From: a virus
Length of the DNA stretch: 33,635 nt
Virus record (IMG/VR): IMGVR_UViG_3300045988_112104
Coordinates: 1-33,635 of that record
Reading direction: 5' to 3' (one strand)
The notes beneath the pieces were generated by a model. The model did no database searches, was not told where the DNA came from, and was given only the letters and a program-made list of their open reading frames with translations. Positions 21,504-32,458 of the stretch are shown here, in pieces. The position numbers were made by a program, and so were the translations under genes. Position 1 is the stretch's first letter. The number at the start of each line of letters is the position of its first letter.

Positions 21504-23149
21504 TGAATTGTGAAAAGATATGGCAGATGTACGAAAAGAATAAACAGTACATGCAGACCAAAGGCTTGGTAAAAAATACTGAGCGAAACTGGAACTTTTA
21601 CGGTGATAATCAGTGGGTAGGGGTTAAGACCAAAGATGAACTCCCTATGCTTAATATCATCAAGCCGACAATCAAGTACAAGGTATCCACTGTTTGTCAG
21701 CACGCTATGACGGCAAAATTCACCGATATGGGCGACGATAGCACCAATCAGCATATATACGATACCCTCAATAGGAAATTTGCTCAGTCGTGGGAAAAGG
21801 CAAAGATGAATAGTGCCTTGTGGAAGTGCATTAAGGCTTCAGCAATTCAAGGCGATTCATACCTGTATTGGGGTACAGATTCGACCTTAGATACACCTCA
21901 GCTTATCGACAACACAAATATACTGTTTGGCAACGAAAATACGACAAACATTCAGGAACAGCCTTACATAATGATTATGGAAAGGCTTCCACTTGAGAGA
22001 GTAAAAAGGATTGCCGAGCAAAACAATATACCTAAAGAAGAGATAGATAAGATTCAGACAGATGCAGAAATGGAAAATCAGATCGCGAACAAAGAGGAAG
22101 TAAGTGATAAGGTTACTTGCGTTATCTACCTATCAAAGGATAAGGACGATGTAATCACTGTTACTAGGGCGACAAAAGAAAGCCTTATTGAACCTACGAG
22201 AAGAATTACATCATCCGTAGACGGAAAAGAATTTGCGGGGCTAACTCTATATCCTATACAGAACTTTGTATGGGAGCCTAGACCTAATAATGCTAGAGGA
22301 GTTAGCGAGGTCGCTTCGATGATTCCTAATCAGATAGAACTTAATAAGACCTTAGCTAGACGAGCAGTTACTGTAAAGATATCTGCCTTTCCTAGAATCG
22401 CTTATGACGCAGACGCAGTGGAAAACCCTGATGATTTAAACAAGGTTGGCGCTGCGATTGGAGTAAGAGGAAATGCTCAGCAGTCAATCAATCAGATGAT
22501 AGGCTATATAAATGCAGCGAATATCTCTAGCGACGCAGACAAACTGTTTGCTGACCTAATCACGCAGACAAGGGAACTTGCAGGAGCAGGTGATTTTGCC
22601 GTGGGCAACATCGACCCTCAGAGGTCGAGTGGAAGCGCTATCATCGCAATCAGAGACCAAGCACAGATTCCACTCAATGAGCAGATAAACACTTTCCAAC
22701 AGACAGTAGAGGATATCGCCCTTATGTGGTTTGATATGTGGCTAGTATATGATATAGATAGCTTCACCACTAAGGATGAGCACGGAAACGAGATTAAGAT
22801 ATCTGCAGATGAACTTTTGGACTTTAAGCCGTCGGTAAAAGTCGATGTTTCACAAGATAATCAGTGGACAAAGTTTGCTCAACAGCAGGCTTGCGACGCT
22901 TTGCTTGCTCAAGGACAGATAACATTCGAGGAGTACGCAGAATTGATTCCTGACGGTGGAGCAATCAGCAAGGGTAAACTACTTAACCTCATATCCAAAA
23001 GAAGCTCAGAAGCGAAAATAGAGCCTCAAATTTTAGAGGATAACGCAGAAAATGCATCGACGGAGGATATTCCTATCGAAAATCACGAAATGATGGCAGA
23101 ACACGAAGAAATGCCAACAGAAAACACTGAATTAAGAGAAGCGCAATAA
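21503..23149 (+). CDS. Portal protein
   Basis: 548 aa, immediately after terL and before scaffold and capsid. Acidic C-terminal tail. The call rests on size and order plus a general resemblance to SPP1-type portals. Confidence 0.7.
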   Translation: MNCEKIWQMYEKNKQYMQTKGLVKNTERNWNFYGDNQWVGVKTKDELPMLNIIKPTIKYKVSTVCQHAMTAKFTDMGDDSTNQHIYDTLNRKFAQSWEKAKMNSALWKCIKASAIQGDSYLYWGTDSTLDTPQLIDNTNILFGNENTTNIQEQPYIMIMERLPLERVKRIAEQNNIPKEEIDKIQTDAEMENQIANKEEVSDKVTCVIYLSKDKDDVITVTRATKESLIEPTRRITSSVDGKEFAGLTLYPIQNFVWEPRPNNARGVSEVASMIPNQIELNKTLARRAVTVKISAFPRIAYDADAVENPDDLNKVGAAIGVRGNAQQSINQMIGYINAANISSDADKLFADLITQTRELAGAGDFAVGNIDPQRSSGSAIIAIRDQAQIPLNEQINTFQQTVEDIALMWFDMWLVYDIDSFTTKDEHGNEIKISADELLDFKPSVKVDVSQDNQWTKFAQQQACDALLAQGQITFEEYAELIPDGGAISKGKLLNLISKRSSEAKIEPQILEDNAENASTEDIPIENHEMMAEHEEMPTENTELREAQ

Positions 23150-23163
23150 GGCGCTTCTTTTTA
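23138..23163 (+). terminator. Hairpin plus T-run overlapping the portal stop codon
   Basis: GAAGCGC (23138-23144) / GCGCTTC (23151-23157), then TTTTT. Confidence 0.6.
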
Positions 23164-23188
23164 ATTATACAAAAAGGAGTTAAAAACA

Positions 23189-23881
23189 ATGCCAGATTTT
23201 GAAACGAATGTAGGCGCAGAAGTGTTGGAGGTCGCCGACCCAACAATCGAATCAGAAGATGTAGGCGCAGAAGAACAGGAAGTCGCCGAACCTGTGGTTG
23301 ATAATGCAGAAACTGAAGCAGGAAAAACAGATTCCGATTCAGCATTTGCAGAAATGAGGAGAGAGCTTGAAGCACTAAGAAACTCTAATGCAGAGTACGA
23401 AAGAGCACTATCGAATTTCTTTCCTGAAGCCGAAGATAAAGCACTCGCAGCGGAAGCCTTTTATCAGAACCGAGAGTATGACGAGTTAGTCGCAGAGAGA
23501 GAAGAAGCGAATGTCATCGATGGTCTGAAAAGAGAAAACGAGCAGTTAATGCAAGCAGTGCTTGAACATCAGGCTGAAAAAAGAATGGCAGATGACCTCA
23601 AAGAAGTGCAGAGCCTTGACCCTACGGTTAAGAGCCTAGAGGACTTGGGAGAATCGTACGCAGGATATATCAGCAGTGGACTTACTGCAAGGCAAGCGTA
23701 TTTTGCGTGCAAAGCTGAAAAGCAGGCAACAACAATCGTCCCACCAAAGGCAACAGGCAAGGTAGAGAGCACAGCTAGTGCACCTAAGGAGTATTTCACT
23801 CAAGAGGAAGTCGAAGCTATGACAAAAGATGAAGTTAAGAAGAATTATGAGACCATCCGCAAATCAATGACGAGATGGTAG
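23189..23881 (+). CDS. Scaffolding protein
   Basis: 230 aa, very acidic and helical, lying between portal and capsid. Internal duplication VGAE.(L/Q)EVA(D/E)P. Confidence 0.55.
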   Translation: MPDFETNVGAEVLEVADPTIESEDVGAEEQEVAEPVVDNAETEAGKTDSDSAFAEMRRELEALRNSNAEYERALSNFFPEAEDKALAAEAFYQNREYDELVAEREEANVIDGLKRENEQLMQAVLEHQAEKRMADDLKEVQSLDPTVKSLEDLGESYAGYISSGLTARQAYFACKAEKQATTIVPPKATGKVESTASAPKEYFTQEEVEAMTKDEVKKNYETIRKSMTRW

Positions 23882-23895
23882 AAAAGGAGTAAAAA

Positions 23896-24729
23896 ATGGC
23901 TTATAAGAAGTTTATACCTGAGATTTGGTCAGAGCAGTACAACCGAGAACTTGAAAAGGCACTTGTATTCGCAGAGGACTGTAACAGACAGTACGAGGGC
24001 GAAGTTAAGCAGGCAGGTGACACAGTTAGAATTTTGGGAGTAGGCAAGCCTACAATCACCACTACAACAACAGCAACAGACATCACACTTGCCAATGCTG
24101 AGAATGTAGCAGACACATCAATCTCTATGAAGATTGACCAGGTCGCATACTACAATTTCAAGGTAGGCGATATCGACAAGGCACAGGCAGTCGCAAACGG
24201 ACCAATGGACGCTCTTATGTCTGAGAGTGCTTATGGTGTAGCTGATGAAATGGATAAGTACATCGCAAAGCTTGCTGCTGATACAAGGGCAGACAAGCTA
24301 GACACTGCATCAACACAGGTAACAAAGGCTAACATCCTCAGCTATGTTGACAGGGGTCTAAAGAAGCTATACGAGCAGAATGTATCAAACAATAGCAAAA
24401 TCACCCTTACTGTTCCACCGTGGTTCTATATGCTAATGAAGCAGGCATATGTAGACCTTGACCAGAACAATTCAACAATGATTGAGAACGGCAAGGTGGG
24501 TAGATACGGAAATGTAATCGTAAAGATGAGCAACAATGTTTACAAAACAGGCACTGATTCACTCATCATGCTCAGAACAGACAAGGCTATTGCATTTGCA
24601 AACCCTCTAACTCATGTTGAGCCATACAGACCTGACAATTCGTTCTCTGACGCTGTTAAGGGATTTGTTCTATATGGTGGAACAATCGCAAGACCTAAGG
24701 AAATGGTTGTACTCAACTGTAAGGAGTAG
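23896..24729 (+). CDS. Major capsid protein (P22-coat-like / HK97 fold)
   Basis: 277 aa. The N-terminal FIPEIWSEQYNRELEKALVFAEDCNRQYEGEVKQAGDTVRI resembles the P22_CoatProtein-family N-terminus. A strong terminator follows. Confidence 0.7.
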   Translation: MAYKKFIPEIWSEQYNRELEKALVFAEDCNRQYEGEVKQAGDTVRILGVGKPTITTTTTATDITLANAENVADTSISMKIDQVAYYNFKVGDIDKAQAVANGPMDALMSESAYGVADEMDKYIAKLAADTRADKLDTASTQVTKANILSYVDRGLKKLYEQNVSNNSKITLTVPPWFYMLMKQAYVDLDQNNSTMIENGKVGRYGNVIVKMSNNVYKTGTDSLIMLRTDKAIAFANPLTHVEPYRPDNSFSDAVKGFVLYGGTIARPKEMVVLNCKE

Positions 24730-24737
24730 TAAGACTA

Positions 24738-24768
24738 GGGGAGCGATAATGCTCCCCTTTATTTTGTT
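24738..24768 (+). terminator. Intrinsic terminator after the capsid gene
   Basis: GGGGAGC (24738-24744) GATAAT GCTCCCC (24751-24757), followed by TTTATTTTGTTT. Confidence 0.85.
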
Positions 24769-24779
24769 TGAGGTGAAAT

Positions 24780-25184
24780 ATGACTATAAAAGAACTAAAA
24801 AGCAATATTAAGACACTAGGTTTTGAGGATGATTCTACTATGGACCTATACTCAGAAATAGTGTTAAATGCGATAAACCGAAGCATAGATTGGGTGTATC
24901 GCACAGTCGTTGAGCCGTATAAGAACTATTTTGAGGATGTTGTCGAAGTCGATGTATATGAGCCTAGCCATATAACATCAGATACGAGCGAAATGGAAGA
25001 AATCGACTTACCTGATATGGTGTGTGGAATTGTTCCGTTGATGTCAGCGTATTTTATATGGCTAGATGACGACGAGCGAAAAGCGACAATGTATTGGAAT
25101 AATGCAGATGACCTCAAAACGCAGTTATTGTCAGCGATAATCAAGCCTAGAAAATGCAAATTCGTAGGTGGTTTGGAGATTTAA
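24780..25184 (+). CDS. Head-tail adaptor/connector candidate
   Basis: 134 aa, the first gene after the capsid. Called by position only. Confidence 0.35.
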   Translation: MTIKELKSNIKTLGFEDDSTMDLYSEIVLNAINRSIDWVYRTVVEPYKNYFEDVVEVDVYEPSHITSDTSEMEEIDLPDMVCGIVPLMSAYFIWLDDDERKATMYWNNADDLKTQLLSAIIKPRKCKFVGGLEI

Positions 25185-25185
25185 G

Positions 25186-27297
25186 ATGGGAAAGCTAACA
25201 GTATCAAGCAAGCCTAGACTTTCTACGGCTAAATATTCAGGGTTACGAGGAATAGACCTTTCTCATTCTCCGAAAGAGGTTAATCGCAGACATTCCCCTG
25301 ATATGCTTAATATGATAAGCGATGATGGGGGCAATCCTAGAAAGCGTAAGGGATGGCGATATATGAAGTCATACGAGGGCGAGCGAATCCTTGATATGAT
25401 AGAGGTAGACGGCTTGCTATATGTTGCGACAAATAAGAATGTCTATGTGGAGAAGTGGAAGCACAATGGCTTCAATATCCTAGAGAATATAAAAACTCTT
25501 TATGGTGGTTCGACTTGTGACTTTAACTCAATCAAGCTATTTGCGTTTGATGGTAAATGTTATGCGTGTGGTTTTGGACACATAGATGCAAGCACTTTAA
25601 CACCTAGTAAGTATGGATTGTCTACTCTTAGTGGACTGTTTGATGGGTTATACCCTCAAGGATATTTCTTTTGCGAGGTAGATAAAATCATAGAGGACTT
25701 TATCATCGGTGCAGGTTACCCTAATCACGAATCTAGAATCAAGATGAACACAAAGACTGTTCCTGATGTTGCCATATCTAAAAACCTTGATGGTACAGGT
25801 GGCAAGAATATAGGAGCAGGAGTAAACCTTTTAGCACCTTATAGGCGAGTATCTTATCTAGGTGATGATAAGACAACAGAACTGAGGTTACTTCCTAAAA
25901 AGGAGAACGAGGAATCAGACGGACTGTTCAAAAGATACTTGATTATAAATGTTGAATATCTTGATACGGATGGTGCGTGGAAGAAAGCCGAGTATACCAC
26001 TACGAAGAACGCAACAAAGACACAAGGTTATCTAGCTAACGGAATGCTAGGTGACACTTTCCTTGAATCACCGATAATCAAGATTAAGGCTTATAAACCA
26101 CCTGTAACAGGGCAAGATAACATCCGTGTAACATATGTATCTTTTAGCGATGAAAAAGGACGCGTTGACGACGACGGACAGTGGATAAGCGATAAAAACG
26201 GCTATTACAAAGGCTTTTATAATGAGAACTATGCTTTACTATGTCGTGATGGCAAAATCCGTAATTATGGCTATGCTAACAACGATAGGCTATTTGGAGT
26301 ATCAGGGAAGAACAAGGTTTACTTTTCTGCAGTAGGAGACGCAACCTATATTCCTGATAATTCCTTTATCAATGTGGCTAACGCAGATTCAATCGTTAAT
26401 TTGCACCGATACGAGGATAACCTTGTCGTCGTTACAGGGAACACTCAGAACGAATCGTCAGTATATTTCATAAGTGGAGCAAAGCTACAAGATGGCAAAG
26501 AAACATTCATATTGCGTTCATCTTCCGTAACGACAGGGGCAGTAGCACCTAATACCTTTGCCACATTGATAGATGACCCTATGTTCCTATCATCAACAGG
26601 CTTGTATGGTATATCCAATCACTATATGAGTACTCAGCTAGCGATAAGAAATCGCAGTGTATTTGTCAATAAGGTGCTATGCAAGGAGAAAAACCTAGAT
26701 AGGGCGATTGCCGTTGCGTGGAACTCTTACTACATCTTAGCTTTGCCTAGTGGTAAGTGCTATGTATTCGATGGCAGGCAGACGACTAGAGACGATAAGA
26801 ACAGAACAAACTTTGCGTATGAAACCTATGTGTTCGACAATATCCCTGCAAGTGTATTTTGCGTAAGCAATGATATGCTTTTATTCGGAAGTGGAGACAG
26901 CATTTGTTGTTTTTCTACTGACTATGAATATGATGGAGCATACAGAGACGGAGCAAAACAAGGATACGGAGTTTTGTACGATGGTGATCCAGTCAAGGCT
27001 CATTGGACTACACCTGTTGACTATGACGGCAATGAAACAGTATATAAGACCCTGCAGAAGCGAGGAAATGTATTGTTGCTAGATGTTGCTGATTCCGAAG
27101 TAGGCATTTACTTTATCGTAGATGGCAAGGGGAAACAGTTAATAATGACAACAAGTTCAGAGCAGACAGACATTCACATCAAGAAGAAAGAAAAGAAATA
27201 TAGGCACTTACAGATAAGGTTAGAGAGCGAAGACGCAAGACCTTTCAGTATCATCAGCCTAGCTAAGACCTACTCAGTAGGCAATTTTTCAAAGTAG
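25186..27297 (+). CDS. Large tail hub/nozzle-like virion protein (703 aa)
   Basis: ATG 25186 with SD GGAG 7 nt upstream. Size and order parallel T7 gp12 / P22 gp10. No motif recognised. Confidence 0.35.
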   Translation: MGKLTVSSKPRLSTAKYSGLRGIDLSHSPKEVNRRHSPDMLNMISDDGGNPRKRKGWRYMKSYEGERILDMIEVDGLLYVATNKNVYVEKWKHNGFNILENIKTLYGGSTCDFNSIKLFAFDGKCYACGFGHIDASTLTPSKYGLSTLSGLFDGLYPQGYFFCEVDKIIEDFIIGAGYPNHESRIKMNTKTVPDVAISKNLDGTGGKNIGAGVNLLAPYRRVSYLGDDKTTELRLLPKKENEESDGLFKRYLIINVEYLDTDGAWKKAEYTTTKNATKTQGYLANGMLGDTFLESPIIKIKAYKPPVTGQDNIRVTYVSFSDEKGRVDDDGQWISDKNGYYKGFYNENYALLCRDGKIRNYGYANNDRLFGVSGKNKVYFSAVGDATYIPDNSFINVANADSIVNLHRYEDNLVVVTGNTQNESSVYFISGAKLQDGKETFILRSSSVTTGAVAPNTFATLIDDPMFLSSTGLYGISNHYMSTQLAIRNRSVFVNKVLCKEKNLDRAIAVAWNSYYILALPSGKCYVFDGRQTTRDDKNRTNFAYETYVFDNIPASVFCVSNDMLLFGSGDSICCFSTDYEYDGAYRDGAKQGYGVLYDGDPVKAHWTTPVDYDGNETVYKTLQKRGNVLLLDVADSEVGIYFIVDGKGKQLIMTTSSEQTDIHIKKKEKKYRHLQIRLESEDARPFSIISLAKTYSVGNFSK

Positions 27298-27306
27298 GAG
27301 GTAAAT

Positions 27307-28131
27307 ATGGCACTAGCAGGAAACCCATATGCAACCCTAAAGGAAGCATATTTGCAGAGCATACAGAAAGCAAAAGACGCAGACACTGCGTTGCTAGAGC
27401 AGAAGCACAATCAGGAAGTCGATAAGGCTAATAAGAATTATGAAGCTTCAGCTAGAGACGCTTATGTTAATTATCAAAAGAACAGCCTTGAACTACCTGA
27501 GCACTTGTCGGCACAAGGAATCACAGGTGGAGCAAGCGAAACGGCAAAGGTTAATTTGCAGACGGCTTATGCAGACGCACTAGCTAAAGGTAATTCAGCA
27601 AGAGAGGGAGCATTAACAGAACTCAACAATGCTTATATGAATTCCCTTAAATCATTAGCTAATCAGTATTTAAAACAACAGAGCGACGCAATAGCAGACT
27701 ATGACGCAAAAATCGCAGCGTGGGATGAAGCTAAGCAGGCAGAAATAGAAGCACAACAGGCAGCTGCTGCTAGAAGTTACGGATATGGAGGTTACGGACG
27801 CAGTTATGGTGGTGGACGCAGTTATGGTGGAGGAAGTGCAAGCGACTATTCCGACTATGCAGATGAATCGCCTATGTATGTAGAGGACCCTACACCTAGA
27901 ATGGTAAACGCAGCGGAAGCAGTGACCAATCTGTTTAAGAAGAAAAAGACTCCTGATTCGTTCCTAATCGCAAGAGGTCATCCTGAAGCAAGAAAGGAGT
28001 CACCCACGCAAGCGAAAAAGGTAGTACCAACATATCCTAGTGGAGCAATCTCAATGAACTATGTAAACAGAGGGTATCAGTCGTTTGCTCCATCTAAACC
28101 GTCACCTAAGAAGAAAAAGGGTAAGAGGTAG
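27307..28131 (+). CDS. Virion-associated protein with a coiled-coil N-part, Gly/Tyr-rich repeat and basic tail
   Basis: SYGYGGYGRSYGGGRSYGGGS tract, ending in PKKKKGKR. Lies in the structural operon. Confidence 0.35.
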   Translation: MALAGNPYATLKEAYLQSIQKAKDADTALLEQKHNQEVDKANKNYEASARDAYVNYQKNSLELPEHLSAQGITGGASETAKVNLQTAYADALAKGNSAREGALTELNNAYMNSLKSLANQYLKQQSDAIADYDAKIAAWDEAKQAEIEAQQAAAARSYGYGGYGRSYGGGRSYGGGSASDYSDYADESPMYVEDPTPRMVNAAEAVTNLFKKKKTPDSFLIARGHPEARKESPTQAKKVVPTYPSGAISMNYVNRGYQSFAPSKPSPKKKKGKR

Positions 28132-28136
28132 TCAAA

Positions 28137-31100
28137 ATGGCTAAAAGGCTAAATGTAATAAGTGTAGCAGACCAAAGGAAAGCTAGGGAAGAAAGCAACG
28201 CGAGACTAGATGAAGCATATAAGAAACAAGTCAAGATGAATGATACGGCAGGTGGTCGTTTTATGCTTGGTTCGACAGAGGGATTGGGACACGGACTGGT
28301 TCCTATCAATTACAAACTAGATTCCGTGAAAGATTCGTCTAGGGATACATGGTCTTTTAAGTTAGGAGATATGGCAGGTCAAGGACTTGCCTTTTTGCTT
28401 GGAGGAGCACTTCTCAAGGGAGTGGGAGCAACAGGGGCAATCACTAACGCACTTACGAAAAGTGGAGCAGGACAAGCACTCACTAAAAGACTAGCGACAA
28501 ACAAATTCATCCAAAATGGAGCGAGAAAAAGTCTAGGGAAGCTAGGAATGGTGGCGACTGATAAGGCAGTAAATAGCCTTGCTACAAAGACGGCAGAGGG
28601 CGTTACAAGGCAGTTAGCAAAGGAAATCGCAGTCGATACACCTTTAGGCTTTTATAACTCACAAGGCTCAATTTTGAGCGATGGTTACAAATTTGGAAGT
28701 AAGGACTATTGGAAGCAAGTAGGACTGAATACGGCACTTGATGTAGGGCTGGGCTCAGCTTCTGACCTTGCACCAGCATTTCTAAGAGGACTAAGAAAAC
28801 CGAAAGTCCATGCAGACCTACCCACTGCTGAAATTCCAACAACAAGATACACTAAGGTTAATTATCCTTTAGGAGTAGAAACCCCTAAACAGAGGTTATC
28901 AACAGAAGCAAGAATTGAAATTAATAAGCCTAAAATCGCAGAAATACAGAGTAAACCACTATCCCTTTCCGAAGTGGCTCAAACATCAAAGCAACAGCTT
29001 CCTAGACAGACAAGGACAGCGATAATGAAACAAAGCTATGGTTCTGATGTTGAACTTTTTAGACCTAGAAAACACTATGAGCCAATAGATGTTCAGATGA
29101 AAAGCAAGGATATAAACTTGTCACAAGACAAGGGCTTAGATGATGTTATATCTAAGACACAGAATTTGCCGAGCGTAAAAGGGCGCCCAATGACAAATGA
29201 CATTATGGAATCAGCGATTCATCCGATTGATTCAATAGGTGTGGCGACAAGAACCGAGCCACATTTGGGAACCTATGCAGTTAAAGAATCACAAGGGCTA
29301 AAGACTGTTCATTCATATGCGACAAGCGAAACAAAAAAGGCAATCACAGAGCGAAAGCACAAGACGATGGACTTTATGTCCGACACAACACGCAATCAAG
29401 ACGCTCTAAAACAAGCTACAACCGAGATTGGTGATGATATTGATGGAACACTCAATCACTTCAAAATGTCCGTGGAAACAGGGCAAACAAACAGTGATAC
29501 GATGGTCCGTGGAGTGGCACTGTTTAATAAGCTAGAGGAACTAGGCAGACACGAGGAAGCTTCAATCGTCTCAGGCGAAGTTGTATCGCTAGCGAGCGAG
29601 TATGCTAGAGGACTTCAGACGATGAGATGGTTCAATCAAATATCTCCTGAGGGCAGAGTGGTTGCCGTAAAGCGAAATGTCGATAGGCTTAATAAACAAT
29701 TTGCAAACACTTTGAGCAAAAAGGGAATTACAGTTAGTGTTCCTGATGAATTATTTAATAGACTGAGAAAAGCAAGTGGAGCAAAGGAAATCGCTGAGGT
29801 TAAGAACGAGATAGGCAAGACAATGTGGAATCAGATTCCACCTACCTTGACCGATGAACTCAGCGCTTGGAGATACCTTTCAATGCTAAGCAGTCCTAGA
29901 ACTCATGTACGAAACCTTATCGGTAACTGTATCTTCACACCTCTAAGAATGGTAAGGGATAAAGTCGAAGCTACATTACAGAGCAATCTAGTTAAGCAAG
30001 CAGATAGGACAAAGGCTTTCCACGTGGGAAGAACAGGCGAAGATGGAGCATTAAGAGCCTTAGCAAGCAAGGCTTATGACGAGGACCGATACATCATTGA
30101 GGGAATGGAAAAGTATAGGGAGGTTCACAGACACCCTGATGCCATTCAGTCAAAGCTTAGGGTCGTTGACAAGCTGTCTAAGTGGAACGCACACGCACTA
30201 AACTTAGAGGACTTATGGTTCAGTAAGCCTGCGTACAACACAAGTTTTGCAGGGTTCCTAAAGGCTAAAGGATATAAGGCAAACAATGTTCCTGAGGATG
30301 TATTCAAGCAAGCTAAAGAGTTTGCGATGAACGAAAGCTTGGAATCAACATTCCGAAATGCGAACAATCTTTCAGATTTCATTATGAAGATGAAAAGGTA
30401 TGCGAATGTACCACTTGCCGATATACCTAATAATTGGGGTGGTGGCAGAGTTCTGAACAAGGCAAGCAGTATGTTTGTTGACGCAGTATTCCCATTTGTA
30501 AAGACACCTAGCAATGTACTAATGCAAGCGACAAAGTTTTCGCCTATCGGACTAATGCGAGGGGTTAAGCAGATGGTAAAGTCTGAGAACCCTGCTCAGT
30601 TTATAAAAGGGCTGAACAACCTAACATCAGGAATGACAGGTACAGGAATAATGGCTCTAGGCTATTATATGGGAACTGAGGGTTTAGCAACAGGAAAAAT
30701 AGATTCTTCATCCGAGGGGAAATTCCGAAAGATGATGGGCGAACAGTCATACTCAGTAAACATCGGTGGCAGAGATTTTAACTTCACTATGGATTGGGCA
30801 GCGCCTGCTTGTATTCCGTTCTTTATTGGAGTGGAGCTAGCAAACGGAAAAGAGGGCGACGGAACATTTGGACGAGTGCTAGATGCATTCACTCAGATGT
30901 CGGACCCTGTGTTCTCTATGTCTATGCTACAAGGTGTAGGACAAGCTTTTGAATCGTCTAGGGGGAATCAAGAGATTAACCCTATATACAGAATCATAGG
31001 TAATTCTAGCGAGAGTTATTTGTCACAGTATATACCTACACTGTTTGGGCAGATTGCAAGGATAACGGCTTCTGAAGACCTTGATGTAACACCAACGGCA

Positions 31101-32018
31101 AAGAGTGCAACGGAAAGAGAGGTTCAGAACTTCCTATTCCGTATGGCTAGCAAGATACCAGGTCTTAACGAAATGGTATTACAACCTAAGGTAGACGCAT
31201 TCGGCAAGACGGATAGAAAGGAAAGCGTTTCAGATTATGCTTTGTCAGTCGCACAGAATATGCTATTGCCTGGAAGCCTAAAGGCACGCAGAAACGATTC
31301 AACGACAGATGAACTTGAAGCCTTAATGCATTCCGTTGACGGAACAAACGCAAGCAAGTTATTGCCAGACAAGAAACCTGATTTAGATATTAAATTCGGC
31401 AAAGATAAAATGCGTATGTCTGTGGAGGAGCTGGCTTCATATAGAAAGGCTAGAGGTTCAGAGGTTCAAAACGGCTTGCAGAATCTGTTTAACAGTAGCG
31501 AGTATAGAAGAATGTCTGATGATGACAAAGTAAAGGCTATAAGCGATGTATATCGCAAAGCTGAGCGAAGTGCAAAAGATGAGTTTTTGCTTGGCAGAGG
31601 ATATAGCAAAGGCGATATAGAGTTTTCAAAGCTTAATAAGACAGTACAGTTAAAGTACAATCCTAGTGTTCAGTCAAAGGAAAGCTTTGTGCTTGCCTAT
31701 AATGCTCAGAAAGACCATAAGTCTAAGATGGCTAAAACGATGTCAGCCGTTCAGTCAGGGGTTAGTTTTAGAGATATTAACGGAGTAATGACAGTAGATA
31801 AGAACACATACGGCAAGGCAGTATATGCGACTAGGGTTGGACTTACAACAAGTGACCTAGAAGCAGTTAAAGGCAGTGCCGACTATGACGGAAACGGAAG
31901 CCTTAAAAAAGCTGAACTTATATCGTATCTAAACAATAGTCAGTACACAAGAGAGCAGAAGAAAGTTCTTTTCGATATGCTATCGGCACGCAGTACAAAG
32001 TACAATCCTTACAGATAG
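28137..32018 (+). CDS. Giant virion protein (1293 aa): internal/ejection-protein or tape-measure-like candidate
   Basis: The longest ORF. Gly-rich hydrophobic segments occur near the N-terminus and in the middle. Its position before the fibre gene matches T7 gp15/gp16-type proteins. Confidence 0.4.
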   Translation: MAKRLNVISVADQRKAREESNARLDEAYKKQVKMNDTAGGRFMLGSTEGLGHGLVPINYKLDSVKDSSRDTWSFKLGDMAGQGLAFLLGGALLKGVGATGAITNALTKSGAGQALTKRLATNKFIQNGARKSLGKLGMVATDKAVNSLATKTAEGVTRQLAKEIAVDTPLGFYNSQGSILSDGYKFGSKDYWKQVGLNTALDVGLGSASDLAPAFLRGLRKPKVHADLPTAEIPTTRYTKVNYPLGVETPKQRLSTEARIEINKPKIAEIQSKPLSLSEVAQTSKQQLPRQTRTAIMKQSYGSDVELFRPRKHYEPIDVQMKSKDINLSQDKGLDDVISKTQNLPSVKGRPMTNDIMESAIHPIDSIGVATRTEPHLGTYAVKESQGLKTVHSYATSETKKAITERKHKTMDFMSDTTRNQDALKQATTEIGDDIDGTLNHFKMSVETGQTNSDTMVRGVALFNKLEELGRHEEASIVSGEVVSLASEYARGLQTMRWFNQISPEGRVVAVKRNVDRLNKQFANTLSKKGITVSVPDELFNRLRKASGAKEIAEVKNEIGKTMWNQIPPTLTDELSAWRYLSMLSSPRTHVRNLIGNCIFTPLRMVRDKVEATLQSNLVKQADRTKAFHVGRTGEDGALRALASKAYDEDRYIIEGMEKYREVHRHPDAIQSKLRVVDKLSKWNAHALNLEDLWFSKPAYNTSFAGFLKAKGYKANNVPEDVFKQAKEFAMNESLESTFRNANNLSDFIMKMKRYANVPLADIPNNWGGGRVLNKASSMFVDAVFPFVKTPSNVLMQATKFSPIGLMRGVKQMVKSENPAQFIKGLNNLTSGMTGTGIMALGYYMGTEGLATGKIDSSSEGKFRKMMGEQSYSVNIGGRDFNFTMDWAAPACIPFFIGVELANGKEGDGTFGRVLDAFTQMSDPVFSMSMLQGVGQAFESSRGNQEINPIYRIIGNSSESYLSQYIPTLFGQIARITASEDLDVTPTAKSATEREVQNFLFRMASKIPGLNEMVLQPKVDAFGKTDRKESVSDYALSVAQNMLLPGSLKARRNDSTTDELEALMHSVDGTNASKLLPDKKPDLDIKFGKDKMRMSVEELASYRKARGSEVQNGLQNLFNSSEYRRMSDDDKVKAISDVYRKAERSAKDEFLLGRGYSKGDIEFSKLNKTVQLKYNPSVQSKESFVLAYNAQKDHKSKMAKTMSAVQSGVSFRDINGVMTVDKNTYGKAVYATRVGLTTSDLEAVKGSADYDGNGSLKKAELISYLNNSQYTREQKKVLFDMLSARSTKYNPYR

Positions 32019-32026
32019 GAGGATAT

Positions 32027-32449
32027 ATGAAAGAGTTTAATTTTAAAGTAAAAGATAGAGCATTAACCCTAGAGGGTGATAGTAAGTTTATAGGGCATAA
32101 CGGCGATTATATCGCCGTTTTTTCTTTTGACGATGAATGGAACGGCAAGTCCAAAATCGCGAGATTTAAGAAAGATAAGTTTTTCCGTGATGTCGCTATC
32201 AATGACGACAAGTGCTTGATTCCGTCAGATATGCTCAAAAAAGGCAGAATCAAAATCGGAGTATACACCGATGAGATGAAGTCAGAGCCTTTGATGATAG
32301 AGGTTGTTGAAAGTATCTTTGACGGAAAGTCTCAAAGTGCGTCAGCAAGTAAGGATAGCACACTAGGAACAGTCGTACTCAGGTTAATGGATAAGGTTGA
32401 CGGTTTGTCACCAATTCCTGATTCAGTTTTAACTACTCTATTAGACTAA
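32027..32449 (+). CDS. Hypothetical tail-associated protein
   Basis: 140 aa, lying between the giant protein and the fibre gene. Confidence 0.35.
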   Translation: MKEFNFKVKDRALTLEGDSKFIGHNGDYIAVFSFDDEWNGKSKIARFKKDKFFRDVAINDDKCLIPSDMLKKGRIKIGVYTDEMKSEPLMIEVVESIFDGKSQSASASKDSTLGTVVLRLMDKVDGLSPIPDSVLTTLLD

Positions 32450-32458
32450 GGGGGATAT

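Noticed and set aside
30146-30514. 122-aa minus-strand ORF (and others at 28603, 29636, 30665, 31466) inside the 1293-aa gene
   Set aside because: They are antisense frames of a long, uninterrupted plus-strand structural gene. No translation signals are present.
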